Source: Archangiaceae bacterium
Lineage (GTDB): Bacteria; Myxococcota; Myxococcia; Myxococcales; Myxococcaceae
Assembly: GCA_043750125.1 (NCBI GenBank)
Contig: JAYVCD010000314.1
Location: 1 to 49,942, forward strand
Reading direction: 5' to 3'
DNA: 49,942 nt
Below the pieces are notes generated by a model. The model made no database searches. It was not told the origin of the DNA and saw nothing but the letters and a program-made list of their open reading frames with translations. Shown here piece by piece: positions 1 through 9,300 of this stretch (within the stretch, counting starts at the first letter, position 1; each line of letters opens with the position of its first letter). A program made the position numbers and the translations under genes.

Positions 1-133
1 CGGCAATCGGCGCACTTCGCGCGCGTAGGAATCAGCGAGTTTGAAAGCGGTTGTGAAACAAACTGTATAGAGTCGGATGTCGTAGACGAGCGACGAGCAA
101 GCATCACGACGCCCTCACAGGAGAGCACCGAAC

Positions 134-868
134 ATGTGGGACAGGTTCAAGCGGGCAATGCGCAGCTTCGTGGGCTTCTTCGTCAGCTCGATTGAAGATC
201 CCGAGCTGATCCTCGAACAGAACATTCGCGACCTGAATGATCAGGTTCCGAAGATGAACGAGTCGATCGCCATGGTTCGCGCGAACCAGACGCTGCTCGA
301 AAAAGAAAACATGAAGTACAAGAACGAGGTCAACGACCTCACCGCCAAGGTGAAGGCGGCGATTCAGGCCGGCCGCGATGACCTCGCCGCTCAGTACGCA
401 ACCCGGCTGCAGATGGACAAGGGCGCCCTGGCTCGCAACGAGCAACAGCTGGCGACCGCAAAGTCCGCCTACGAGAAGGCCCTGAACGTGAAGAAAGCGT
501 TCATGCGCGAGAAGGACAAGAAGACCGGCGAGGCGATGAATGCGATTCGCGACGCGCGCCGCGCCAAGTGGCAGGCGAAGGTCGCCGATGCGATGGAATC
601 GTTCGAGGTCGCAGGCGTTTCGGCGACCCACGACGAGATGATCCGCAAGGTCGAAGAGCAGACCGCGGTCAACGAAGCGCGAATGAACATGGCGCTCGAG
701 TCCGTCGATCACCAGGCGGTGCAGATCGAAGAAGAGGCCGAAAAGATCCAGGCCAATGAGCTGGTGAAGCAATTCAAGATGGAAATGGGGCTCAGCAGCC
801 CGGCTCCCGTCTCCGATGTTTCATCGGGTGGCGAGAAAACCATCGGAAAGAAAGTCGAGGTCAAGTAG
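134..868 (+). CDS. pspA: PspA/IM30 family protein (ESCRT-III-like membrane remodelling)
   Basis: N-terminal amphipathic helix MWDRFKRAMRSFVGFF, then IEDPELILEQNIRDL and AIQAGRDDLA; long coiled coil; GGAG upstream. Confidence 0.9.
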   Translation: MWDRFKRAMRSFVGFFVSSIEDPELILEQNIRDLNDQVPKMNESIAMVRANQTLLEKENMKYKNEVNDLTAKVKAAIQAGRDDLAAQYATRLQMDKGALARNEQQLATAKSAYEKALNVKKAFMREKDKKTGEAMNAIRDARRAKWQAKVADAMESFEVAGVSATHDEMIRKVEEQTAVNEARMNMALESVDHQAVQIEEEAEKIQANELVKQFKMEMGLSSPAPVSDVSSGGEKTIGKKVEVK

Positions 869-905
869 GCGTTCTGAGCTCTGAAAATCGCCTGGGGGGC
901 CCGGC

Positions 906-2027
906 TTGAAGCGCGTTGCACTGCTGCTGTTGGTGCTCGCCGCGGCCGCCTCGGTCTGGGCCTGGTCGGAAGGCTACGTCGTCAGGGTGCGCGATCGGGT
1001 CTGGGGTCGTCCCACCCGGTTGTCCGCTGGAGACTTTCCCGCCGGGGTCAGCGCTCCGATCGACGACGTGGCTTCGGTTCCACTGCGAACCACGTTGGTG
1101 GGTTACGTGCCGCGGGGCTCGGTCGCGGGCCTCGTCTGGGCCGCCAACGAAGGGCAGACGTTCAAGGCCTCGTACGCGATCGACGTGAAGGCGGTGGCCT
1201 TCGAGCGGGAAGATGCGCTTCGCCGGGCCCTGATGAAGGGCGGCGACAACGGAGGAGTGGACCTCGCCGCGATGAGTGTCTCGCAGCTGGCGATCGATGC
1301 GGCTGCGCTTCGTGACGCGGCGCCGCGAACCGTGTTGTTGCTGGGCCGCAGCCGGGGCCAGGACGTGCTCGCCGTCGGGAAGTCGATCACCCGCATCGGG
1401 GAGCTGAAGGGAAAACGGATTGGGGTGGAGCCCGGCTCGACCGCCAGTTACTTCCTGCTCTGGGTGATGTCGCGAGCGGGCCTGTCGATGCGCGAGGTGA
1501 CGCTGGTGGATCTGGAATCAGTGAAGGAAGCGGGCAAAGAGCTGACCGCGGGCCGAATTGACGCTGCGGCAGGCTACGCCGGCGATCTCGACCCGGCGGT
1601 CAAGGGGTTGGGCGGGAGCTTCCTTTCGTCGACTGTCGATGCCCCACATCTGATCGCGACCGTGCTCGTGGCCCGGGGGGACTTTGCGGCGCGCTACCCC
1701 GACGCGATTCGACGGGTGCTGCGCGGGGCGCTCGATGCGAACGCGATGGTCGCCAAAGACCCGGGTGCGGGAGCGCGCGCCCTGGGGGAAGTCGCTGCGT
1801 GGTTGGGAGATCCCGAAGAAGCGATTCGGCAGAGCCCCCCGGCCTCGATGCGCGACAACCTGTCTTTTTTCGGGCTCTCGGGCGAAGCACCCGTCACCTA
1901 TTTCGAGCTGTTTCAGAGCGCGTCAGGCCTCGCCACCCGGCTGTGGAACAACCCCCCCACGCCTCACGCGGAAGACACGTGCGATCTGGGAGCACTGAAG
2001 TACGTTTCATCGACTCGCGGGCCGTGA
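906..2027 (+). CDS. ABC-type substrate-binding protein (SsuA/NMT1/THI5-like)
   Basis: Signal peptide; SRGQDVLAV..I..IGELKGKRIGV..GS motif; AGRIDAAA; TTG start. Confidence 0.75.
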   Translation: MKRVALLLLVLAAAASVWAWSEGYVVRVRDRVWGRPTRLSAGDFPAGVSAPIDDVASVPLRTTLVGYVPRGSVAGLVWAANEGQTFKASYAIDVKAVAFEREDALRRALMKGGDNGGVDLAAMSVSQLAIDAAALRDAAPRTVLLLGRSRGQDVLAVGKSITRIGELKGKRIGVEPGSTASYFLLWVMSRAGLSMREVTLVDLESVKEAGKELTAGRIDAAAGYAGDLDPAVKGLGGSFLSSTVDAPHLIATVLVARGDFAARYPDAIRRVLRGALDANAMVAKDPGAGARALGEVAAWLGDPEEAIRQSPPASMRDNLSFFGLSGEAPVTYFELFQSASGLATRLWNNPPTPHAEDTCDLGALKYVSSTRGP

Positions 2028-2034
2028 GCTCAAA

Positions 2035-2850
2035 GTGGCGAAGCATTCCACCCATTACCTGAAGGCCGCTCTTTTGATGCCGGCCAACCTCTTCGCCCTC
2101 GGGGCGGGGGCAGTGGCGTCGGTGGTCACCGGCGACTGGACTGCGTTGGCCGCCGCGGCGGGGGCCTCGGGAATGTACCTGGCGTTTCTTTCCGTCATTC
2201 CCAGTTTCCGGCGGCTGGTCGCCAGCAACTACGACGCCCAGGAACTGCTCGAGCTGGGAAGCCCCCAGGCCCGGGAGCAGCTGGTGAACGAGCTCGCGCC
2301 GTCGCAACGCGAACATTGGCTCGCCCTCAATGAGCTCAAAGAAAAGATTCTCACCAACTACCGGGTGCTGCCCGGAGGGCGGGTGATGGCCGCTTCGTCC
2401 GAAGGCCGCCTCGACGGGCTGCTGACTTCGTTCTTGCGGCTGCTGTCGACGCTGAACAGCTACCGCAAATACCTCAACACCGCCGATCGAAAGTCGATCG
2501 AGGCCGAGCTACACGGGCTGCAGGGCGAAGTGGCGAACGAGACCAACCTGCGTTTGAAGGACGTGAAGTCCCGACGGGTCGAGATCATGAAGAAGCGGGT
2601 TCATCGCTTCGTGCAGGCCGAAGAGAGTCGGGAAGTCGTCAGCCATCAACTCGCCAGCATCGAGGACCTGTTGAGGCTGACCCACGAACAATCGATCGCC
2701 ATTCGAGACCCCGAAGCAGTCGAGCGCCAGCTCGAGGCGCTCACAACCGAAGTCGAATCCACCGAGGAAACCGTGCGCGAGATGGAAAGGTTCATGGAGT
2801 TTTCCGATGAGCTTGGTTTGAGCGCGCCGCCCCAGGTGAAGGCGCGATGA
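2035..2850 (+). CDS. membrane-anchored coiled-coil hypothetical protein
   Basis: Two N-terminal hydrophobic segments followed by an E/R/L-rich helical region; 4-bp ATGA overlap with the next gene. Confidence 0.75.
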   Translation: MAKHSTHYLKAALLMPANLFALGAGAVASVVTGDWTALAAAAGASGMYLAFLSVIPSFRRLVASNYDAQELLELGSPQAREQLVNELAPSQREHWLALNELKEKILTNYRVLPGGRVMAASSEGRLDGLLTSFLRLLSTLNSYRKYLNTADRKSIEAELHGLQGEVANETNLRLKDVKSRRVEIMKKRVHRFVQAEESREVVSHQLASIEDLLRLTHEQSIAIRDPEAVERQLEALTTEVESTEETVREMERFMEFSDELGLSAPPQVKAR

Positions 2851-4460
2851 ACGCGCGTTCGGCGCTGAAGGTCGCGTTCGCGGTCACAATCCTGGCGTGG
2901 TCGGGGTGCAGCCGGTGCGGGAAGCCAACCCCCGCTTCAGGGTCGGGAATCGAACGGCTCTTGCCCCGCGGGGCGGTCGCGGTGCTGGTGGTTCCCAACG
3001 TTCAGGCGCTGGGCGAGCGGTTGCAGGGCCTGGAAAATCTGAAAGTCGCGGGATTCTCGGCGCAACTCAATGGCTTTACCGACGCCCACCAGTGGGCCGA
3101 CGCGGTCGTGCAGCAGCTGGGCATCGACCTGCGCAGCAAAGCGGCCCTCGAGAAAGCCGGGCTCGACCCCTCGGGTTCAGCCGCGGTGGTCGCGACACTC
3201 GACGGTTCGGTGTTCCTCGTCTTGACCGTCAGCGACGAAGCGAAGGTCGCCAGCGTTTTGCAGAAATTGGCTGGCACCCGGCTCGGCGCGAACGTGGCTG
3301 AAGACCGCAAAGACGGCGAACTCACCGTGCATGCCTTCGTCACCGTCGCAGGAGCCGCCCCGCGGTTGGGCTACGTGAAGGTGAAAAACTTCGTGCTGGT
3401 CGGCTTTGACCGGTCGGTCTTGAACCTGCCGGTCTGGGCGCGGCTTTCGGACGTCGATTCGCTCGCAACCGACACCGTGTCCAACGCGTCGCTTCAGCGG
3501 CTGCCCAAAGATCGCGACCTGGTGATCTTCCTGCCCCCGGGGTCTCCGGCGCTGCGGGGAACCATCTCGAGCGCGACCGCGAGTCTGAGCGTGCGGCCCG
3601 AAGGGCTGACGCTCACCGCCGATGCCCCGTGGACGGGCGATGCAAAGGCGCTCGAGGTCCTGGTCAAGCAACCGGGCTCGGACCTGCTCGGCTACCTGCC
3701 GGACGACGCCTGGGGGCTGGCCCGATTTTCCGGAGATCCCACCCAGCTGGCGCCCTGGATTCAACGGTTCGCGCCTCAGCTGAAGCGCGCCTTTGACGAA
3801 GCCCGCTTCCCACTGGACAGCGAGCTGCTGGCCAACCTCAAGCCGGGCTGCGTCGCCGGGTTGTCTTTGGCGCCCACCGCACGAATGGGGGGAATGCCCG
3901 AGCTCGATCTGCGCAGCACGAATCCGTTCACCTACGTCCACCTGACGGGAATTCTCGAGGCGAAAAATCCGCAGCAGATTCAAACCACCCTCGACACCCT
4001 CGCCGGGCTTGCACCGCGCATCGGCGCCACGATGTCGAAGACTGATCGCCAGGGGCACCCGGTGTACTTCACGACCTATTCTGCGGGCGAAGGCGTTCAC
4101 CTCGCGGCCCGGGGGCCGTTGGTGTTTTTCGGGTCTCCCGCGGCCCGAATCGATGCGTTGCTCAAGTCCGACGGCAAGGCGCAACCGGTCTCGAATGCCG
4201 CCCTCAAGGGGGTACTCGATTCGCGTGCGCTGTCGGTGGCGGTCGACGTGCAGAAGCTGGCGCGGGCGGTACGCGAGCTTCCGAGCGCTGCGTGGGGCAT
4301 CGGAGGCTTTGCGATCAAGGCCACCGCCGTGCGCTGGCTCGATGCGACCGATGATCTCGAGGCCATTACCCTCGGCTTCGAGTCCAGGGCCGGAGCGGTG
4401 CAGGGCCAGTTGGTGTTGTCGTTGACGCCTTCCGGACCGCCGCCGAAGAAAGTTCCTTGA
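2847..4460 (+). CDS. lipoprotein, possibly DUF3352-like
   Basis: Lipobox-like ILAWSGC; long operon-coupled ORF. The family assignment is a guess. Confidence 0.65.
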   Translation: MNARSALKVAFAVTILAWSGCSRCGKPTPASGSGIERLLPRGAVAVLVVPNVQALGERLQGLENLKVAGFSAQLNGFTDAHQWADAVVQQLGIDLRSKAALEKAGLDPSGSAAVVATLDGSVFLVLTVSDEAKVASVLQKLAGTRLGANVAEDRKDGELTVHAFVTVAGAAPRLGYVKVKNFVLVGFDRSVLNLPVWARLSDVDSLATDTVSNASLQRLPKDRDLVIFLPPGSPALRGTISSATASLSVRPEGLTLTADAPWTGDAKALEVLVKQPGSDLLGYLPDDAWGLARFSGDPTQLAPWIQRFAPQLKRAFDEARFPLDSELLANLKPGCVAGLSLAPTARMGGMPELDLRSTNPFTYVHLTGILEAKNPQQIQTTLDTLAGLAPRIGATMSKTDRQGHPVYFTTYSAGEGVHLAARGPLVFFGSPAARIDALLKSDGKAQPVSNAALKGVLDSRALSVAVDVQKLARAVRELPSAAWGIGGFAIKATAVRWLDATDDLEAITLGFESRAGAVQGQLVLSLTPSGPPPKKVP

Positions 4461-5140
4461 GTCCGGCCTCGCCGATGATCGAAGCCCGGGGTCTCAAGCG
4501 CAGCTACGAGGACGGCGAGGGACACCTGCTGACCGTGCTCGACGGGGTCGACCTTTCAGTTCGCGCAGGTGACTTCGTCGCGATCATGGGTCGGTCGGGC
4601 AGCGGCAAGTCGACCCTGCTGCACATTCTCGGAGGGCTCGACGCCGACTACGCGGGCGAAGTCACCGTCGCGGGCAGCCGACTCACCGGGCTCAGCGATT
4701 CGGCGCTGTCAGCGTTTCGAAATCAGCAGGTGGCATTCGTCTTTCAATCGTTTCACCTCGTGCCCGGCCTGAGCGCCGTCGACAACGTCGCACTGCCAGC
4801 TTTTTTTGGCGGAGTGCTCTCGGACGACGAAGTTCAGACCCGCGCCCGAGCGGCCCTCGAGCGGGTGGGGCTTCAGCTGAAGGCCGATCGGCTTCCGGCC
4901 CAGCTGTCGGGCGGGGAACGACAGCGGGTCGCGATTGCCCGCGCGCTGTTCACCCAACCGAAGGTTCTTTTTTGTGACGAGCCGACCGGGAACCTCGATG
5001 CCACGACAGGCAGCGAAGTGATTGCACTTTTTGGCCAGCTCAATTCCGAAGGTTTGACGGTGCTCGCGGTGACCCACGAGGAACGGGTGAGCATCGCGGC
5101 CAGTCGGGTCTTGCAGCTCAAAGAGGGAAAGCTCCAATGA
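4457..5140 (+). CDS. ABC transporter ATP-binding protein (LolD/MacB type)
   Basis: Walker A GRSGSGKST, signature LSGGERQRVAIARAL, DEPTGNLD, VTHE. Confidence 0.95.
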   Translation: MSPASPMIEARGLKRSYEDGEGHLLTVLDGVDLSVRAGDFVAIMGRSGSGKSTLLHILGGLDADYAGEVTVAGSRLTGLSDSALSAFRNQQVAFVFQSFHLVPGLSAVDNVALPAFFGGVLSDDEVQTRARAALERVGLQLKADRLPAQLSGGERQRVAIARALFTQPKVLFCDEPTGNLDATTGSEVIALFGQLNSEGLTVLAVTHEERVSIAASRVLQLKEGKLQ

Positions 5141-6414
5141 AGAAGGGGGCGTTGTCGAAGCTGGTCAAGATGTCGATCAACCGAGATCGCCGTGGCGCTG
5201 CGTCGAGCATCTTCGGCGTCGCGATTGGCATCGCGTCGCTGGTCTTCTTCGTCGCGCTGGGAATGGGCATTTCACGCGTGGTTCGCGAGAAGGTCTTCCC
5301 CGTCGAAGCGCAGCTGATCGAAGTCGTACCGCCTCAGGTGACACTGGGAGGGTTGCTGGGTGGGCAGATCGATCAGGGCGCGGTGGACCGTCTGCGCGCC
5401 TTGCCCGGTGTGAGGTACGCGTACCGGAAGATGAACCTGCGGGCCCCTGCCGTCAGCCGGTACAACGGCGATTTCTTCGGCGCGAAGCTCTACATGGGAA
5501 TCGAAGTGCTCGCAGTCGGCGTCGACACCGAGCTCGTTAAGGCCGACGTGCAGCTGGGAGAATTTTCTGACCCTCCCCAGGGCGACCCCATTCCTGCCCT
5601 CGTCGCGACGCGACTGCTCGAGATCTACAACAAGAGTTTCGCTCCGGCGCGCAGCCTGCCGCAGGTGTCACCGACGATGCTGGTGGGCTTTGGTTTTCCG
5701 GTCGAGCTGGGTCGATCTTTCGTCACCCAGACGACCACCGGCACGGTCACCCAGAGCGCGATGCAGTTGGTCGGGGTTTCAGACCGCGGACTGCTTGCCG
5801 GGCTGACGATTCCACTCGCGACCGCGGTGAGGTTGAACAAGGCGGCGGGCCTCGACTCGCAGACCTTCACCGCGGTGACGCTGCAGGCCAACGACGCGTC
5901 GGCGGTGCCCACCCTGGTCGCCGCGATCAAAGAAATGGGCTTTCGAGTGGATGACCAGGAACGGCGCATGGCCGAGAACGCGGGCGCAGCCGTCACGGTC
6001 ACCACCCTGGCCATGGGTCTGCTGTCGGCGTTGATCTGTCTGCTGGCGGCGATCAACATCGCGCATGCGCTGTCGGCTTCGGTGCGTTCTCGGGTGAAGG
6101 AACTGGGGGTGATGCGTGCGGTCGGGGCCAGCAAGTCCGACGTTCGCGCGCTGGTGCTCGCCGAAGCGGCCACCCTGGGAGCGGTCGGTGGAATTCTGGG
6201 AACCGGGGTCGCGGTGGCTGCCGCGATGGCGATCGATCTCGCTGCGGCGAAGCTGCTGCCGCAGTTTCCGTTCAAACCCGACACCTTTTTTCAGCTGCCC
6301 TGGTCGTTGGTTGCCGGAGGAATGGGGTTGGGGGTGCTGAGCTCGCTTGCCGGCGCGTGGTTTCCCAGTCGCCACGCCGCCTCGATCGATCCTGCAAGGA
6401 CCCTCGCCGGATGA
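5137..6414 (+). CDS. ABC transporter permease (FtsX/MacB/LolCE type)
   Basis: One TM helix, a large periplasmic domain, then three TM helices; SVRSRVKELGVMRAVGAS and C-terminal AASIDPARTL. Confidence 0.9.
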   Translation: MKKGALSKLVKMSINRDRRGAASSIFGVAIGIASLVFFVALGMGISRVVREKVFPVEAQLIEVVPPQVTLGGLLGGQIDQGAVDRLRALPGVRYAYRKMNLRAPAVSRYNGDFFGAKLYMGIEVLAVGVDTELVKADVQLGEFSDPPQGDPIPALVATRLLEIYNKSFAPARSLPQVSPTMLVGFGFPVELGRSFVTQTTTGTVTQSAMQLVGVSDRGLLAGLTIPLATAVRLNKAAGLDSQTFTAVTLQANDASAVPTLVAAIKEMGFRVDDQERRMAENAGAAVTVTTLAMGLLSALICLLAAINIAHALSASVRSRVKELGVMRAVGASKSDVRALVLAEAATLGAVGGILGTGVAVAAAMAIDLAAAKLLPQFPFKPDTFFQLPWSLVAGGMGLGVLSSLAGAWFPSRHAASIDPARTLAG

Positions 6415-7163
6415 AGCCCCGCGCCGCCCTGCTGATCAATGCCCTGTGTGCGTTGCTGTTGGGCTGGCTGTATGGCGGCGACGCCCTCGATGCGATGCGG
6501 GCCCGGTCCGCCGAGGTCGCAGCCTATTTCGAGCCTCCGAATCTGGGGTTTGCCATCGCGGCCCTGCTGGCCACCGCGGTGGGAGTCTCGGCCACCGTGC
6601 TGGGCCTCATTCAGAAGCGACCCCCCGTCTGGCGCGGCTACCGCCTGATGCCGATCGCCACGGTCATCGTGCTCTTCGTCGATCTGTTCTTGTTGAGCGC
6701 TGCCAAATCTCCACTCAGCTCGTCCGATCGCACCTCACTGACCGTGCAGGGGCTGGCCGAAGCCGCCACCCGCGCCGCCAGCCCGAATGCGGTTCCTTCG
6801 AATGCGCGCGACCTTCAAGCGATGGCCGACCCGTTTGGCCCGCCGGCCTACCTCGTCAAGGGGCAGCCGGTGAAAGCCTGGTCCGTTTCCGTTCGTCAGG
6901 GCTGCTCGGGGCCCGTCACCGAAGTGAAAGGAGACCCGGTCGGTACGCTTTTTTACTGCGTGTCGGTGGACGGCAAGCAGGCCTGGATCTCGGCGGTGAG
7001 CCTCCCGGTGGGGACCTTCTTTGGACCTCCCCAATTGTTCACCCGCGCGGGGGAAGGGGTGGTGGGAGCGGTCAGCGTCAAGCCATTGGAAGACCCCTCG
7101 GACCCCACCGACCCATTTGAGCAAGCCGCTGACGGGCCCCAAACAGCTGATTCCGGTCGTTGA
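6411..7163 (+). CDS. hypothetical membrane protein
   Basis: ATG at 6411 overlaps the permease stop (ATGA); three hydrophobic segments followed by a soluble domain. Confidence 0.7.
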   Translation: MKPRAALLINALCALLLGWLYGGDALDAMRARSAEVAAYFEPPNLGFAIAALLATAVGVSATVLGLIQKRPPVWRGYRLMPIATVIVLFVDLFLLSAAKSPLSSSDRTSLTVQGLAEAATRAASPNAVPSNARDLQAMADPFGPPAYLVKGQPVKAWSVSVRQGCSGPVTEVKGDPVGTLFYCVSVDGKQAWISAVSLPVGTFFGPPQLFTRAGEGVVGAVSVKPLEDPSDPTDPFEQAADGPQTADSGR

Positions 7164-7233
7164 CGGTGTTCGAGTCGGGTCGGTACATTCCCCTGTCGGT
7201 TGCCAGTTTCCGCCTCGACGAGCCCAAGAACCC

Positions 7234-9297
7234 TTGAACGCCCCCAAGAGAAACCCGATTCCCTTCGGGAAGTACCTGCTCCTCGACCGGGTGAACATCG
7301 GCGGCATGGCCGAGGTTTGGCGCGGAAAGACCTTTGGCGCGGGTGGCTTCGAGCGCGTGGTGGCGATCAAGCGGATCCTGCCGAACATCGCCGAAGATGA
7401 AGAGTTCATCTCGATGTTCATCGACGAGGCGAAGATCACCGTTCAGCTGAACCACGCCAACATCGCTCAGGTCTATGAGCTGGCGCAGATCAGCAACTCG
7501 TATTTCATCGCGATGGAATACATCTCGGGCAAAGACATGCGGGCGGTCTTTGATCGCTGCCGCAAGAAGGGAGAGCCCGCTCCGATTCCACTGACTTGCT
7601 ACGCGATCGCCAAGTGTTGTGAAGGCCTGGACTACGCGCACCGCCAGAAAGATCGCCAGGGGCGCGACATGACGATCGTCCACCGCGACGTCTCGCCCCA
7701 GAACGCGTTGATCAGCTACGACGGCGAGGTCAAGGTGATCGACTTCGGCATCGCCAAGGCTGCGGGCAAGGCGACGAAGACCCAGGCGGGAATCCTCAAA
7801 GGCAAGTTCGGCTACATGAGTCCCGAGCAGATTCGCGGCTTGCCGCTCGACCGGCGCAGTGACGTGTTTGCGATTGGCGTATGCCTCTACGAGATGCTGA
7901 CCGGCGAGCGCCTCTTCATCGGGGACTCTGACTTCTCGGTGCTCGAGAAGGTGCGCAAGGTCGAGGTGCTGCCTCCCACCACCTACAACCGGAAGATCCC
8001 CGAGGCCCTCGAGAGGATCGTCATGAAGGCCCTCGCCAAAGACGTGGACGATCGCTACCAGTACGCCAGCGAGCTGGGCGATGACCTGCAGCGGTTCCTC
8101 ATCACCAGCGACGTAATCTTCAGCCGCAAAGACCTCGCCCAGTACATGAAGGCGACCTTTGCCGAGGAATACGAGCGCGAAAAGCAGCGAATGATGGAAT
8201 ACGGCGAGATTCGGGCTCCCGAAGGGATGCTGGTCCCGGCCGACGCAGGGTCCGGGGCGGGGCCGGCTGCTGCTGCCACTCAGGCGATCCCGGTCCCGAG
8301 CGGGGGCGCTCATATTCCCAACGGCGCCGTGCCCCACCTCACACCCCAGATGCCGCCTCCGGCGATCGGGCGCGCGAGCCCGAAGATTCCGCCACCGCAG
8401 CTGACGCCGCAGAGCGCTTTGACCATGGCGCCTCCCCTTGGCCCGCAACGAACGCCCAGCCTTCCGCGGCTGACCGCTGTCGCTCCGATGCTCGGGAACG
8501 AACAAAACGCCCACACGATGCTGGTCGGCGGGCCGGAAATGTTCGACGGGCAGCCGCCTCTGAGCGCTGTTCCCCCTGCCGATGCGGTTTCCGATTCGAT
8601 GGGCAATGACGCCACACTGTTTTCAATTCCCGCGCGCTTGTTCAACGGAGACCAGCGTCCGCCCGTTCAGCCCGATTCCGAGTTGATGACCGAGCAGGTG
8701 CGACCTCCTTCCCAGGGTCGGCCACTGCCCCTCAACTTCGGCATTCCCGTCGAAGAGCCCATCGGAAACGCCACGATGATGATGCCGGTGAACCCCCCGG
8801 CGTCCGAGGTGCCGACGGGCCCGGCGGGGCGGCCGCCCGTACCCCCCGCGAAGCGAACGGGGCGGTCGGTCGCGAACATGGCCACGGTCCTGTCTACGAA
8901 AGGGCCCCGCCTGCCCGCCGGAATCATCACCAATGTCGATGATCCGATCACCGTGCCCAGCGCTGGCCGCCAAAAGTACCTCGCGCTCGGGGGAGTGATG
9001 CTGGCGCTCGTCCTGGGTGTGGCAGGCGCGTTCGCCCTCAAAGGCGGGGCCAAAGGGTTGCTGTACGTCGAAATTCCTCCCGATGCGGTCGCGGGCGTGA
9101 AGGTCAACATCAATGGGAAGGAAATTCGCGAAGAGAATGACACCCAGCTGAAACCGGGCCCTCACCTCGTGCCGGTCGCCGCGGGAAAATTGACCGTGAT
9201 GGTGGTCGCCGATGGTTTTGAAACCGTGATCGAGACCGTCGATGTCAAAGAAGGCAACGAGTACACGCGGCTGATTACCAAGATGAAGAAGAAGTAG
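7234..9297 (+). CDS. Hanks-type Ser/Thr kinase with Pro-rich linker, TM helix and PEGA-like C-terminus
   Basis: GGMAEV, VAIKRI, HRDVSPQN, DFG, GKFGYMSPEQ. Start placed at in-frame TTG 7234; the ORF is open from 7021. Confidence 0.92.
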   Translation: MNAPKRNPIPFGKYLLLDRVNIGGMAEVWRGKTFGAGGFERVVAIKRILPNIAEDEEFISMFIDEAKITVQLNHANIAQVYELAQISNSYFIAMEYISGKDMRAVFDRCRKKGEPAPIPLTCYAIAKCCEGLDYAHRQKDRQGRDMTIVHRDVSPQNALISYDGEVKVIDFGIAKAAGKATKTQAGILKGKFGYMSPEQIRGLPLDRRSDVFAIGVCLYEMLTGERLFIGDSDFSVLEKVRKVEVLPPTTYNRKIPEALERIVMKALAKDVDDRYQYASELGDDLQRFLITSDVIFSRKDLAQYMKATFAEEYEREKQRMMEYGEIRAPEGMLVPADAGSGAGPAAAATQAIPVPSGGAHIPNGAVPHLTPQMPPPAIGRASPKIPPPQLTPQSALTMAPPLGPQRTPSLPRLTAVAPMLGNEQNAHTMLVGGPEMFDGQPPLSAVPPADAVSDSMGNDATLFSIPARLFNGDQRPPVQPDSELMTEQVRPPSQGRPLPLNFGIPVEEPIGNATMMMPVNPPASEVPTGPAGRPPVPPAKRTGRSVANMATVLSTKGPRLPAGIITNVDDPITVPSAGRQKYLALGGVMLALVLGVAGAFALKGGAKGLLYVEIPPDAVAGVKVNINGKEIREENDTQLKPGPHLVPVAAGKLTVMVVADGFETVIETVDVKEGNEYTRLITKMKKK

Positions 9298-9300
9298 CCC

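Noticed and set aside
7021-7233. N-terminal extension of the first kinase
   Set aside because: It overlaps the upstream gene; kinase-like sequence begins at about 7234.
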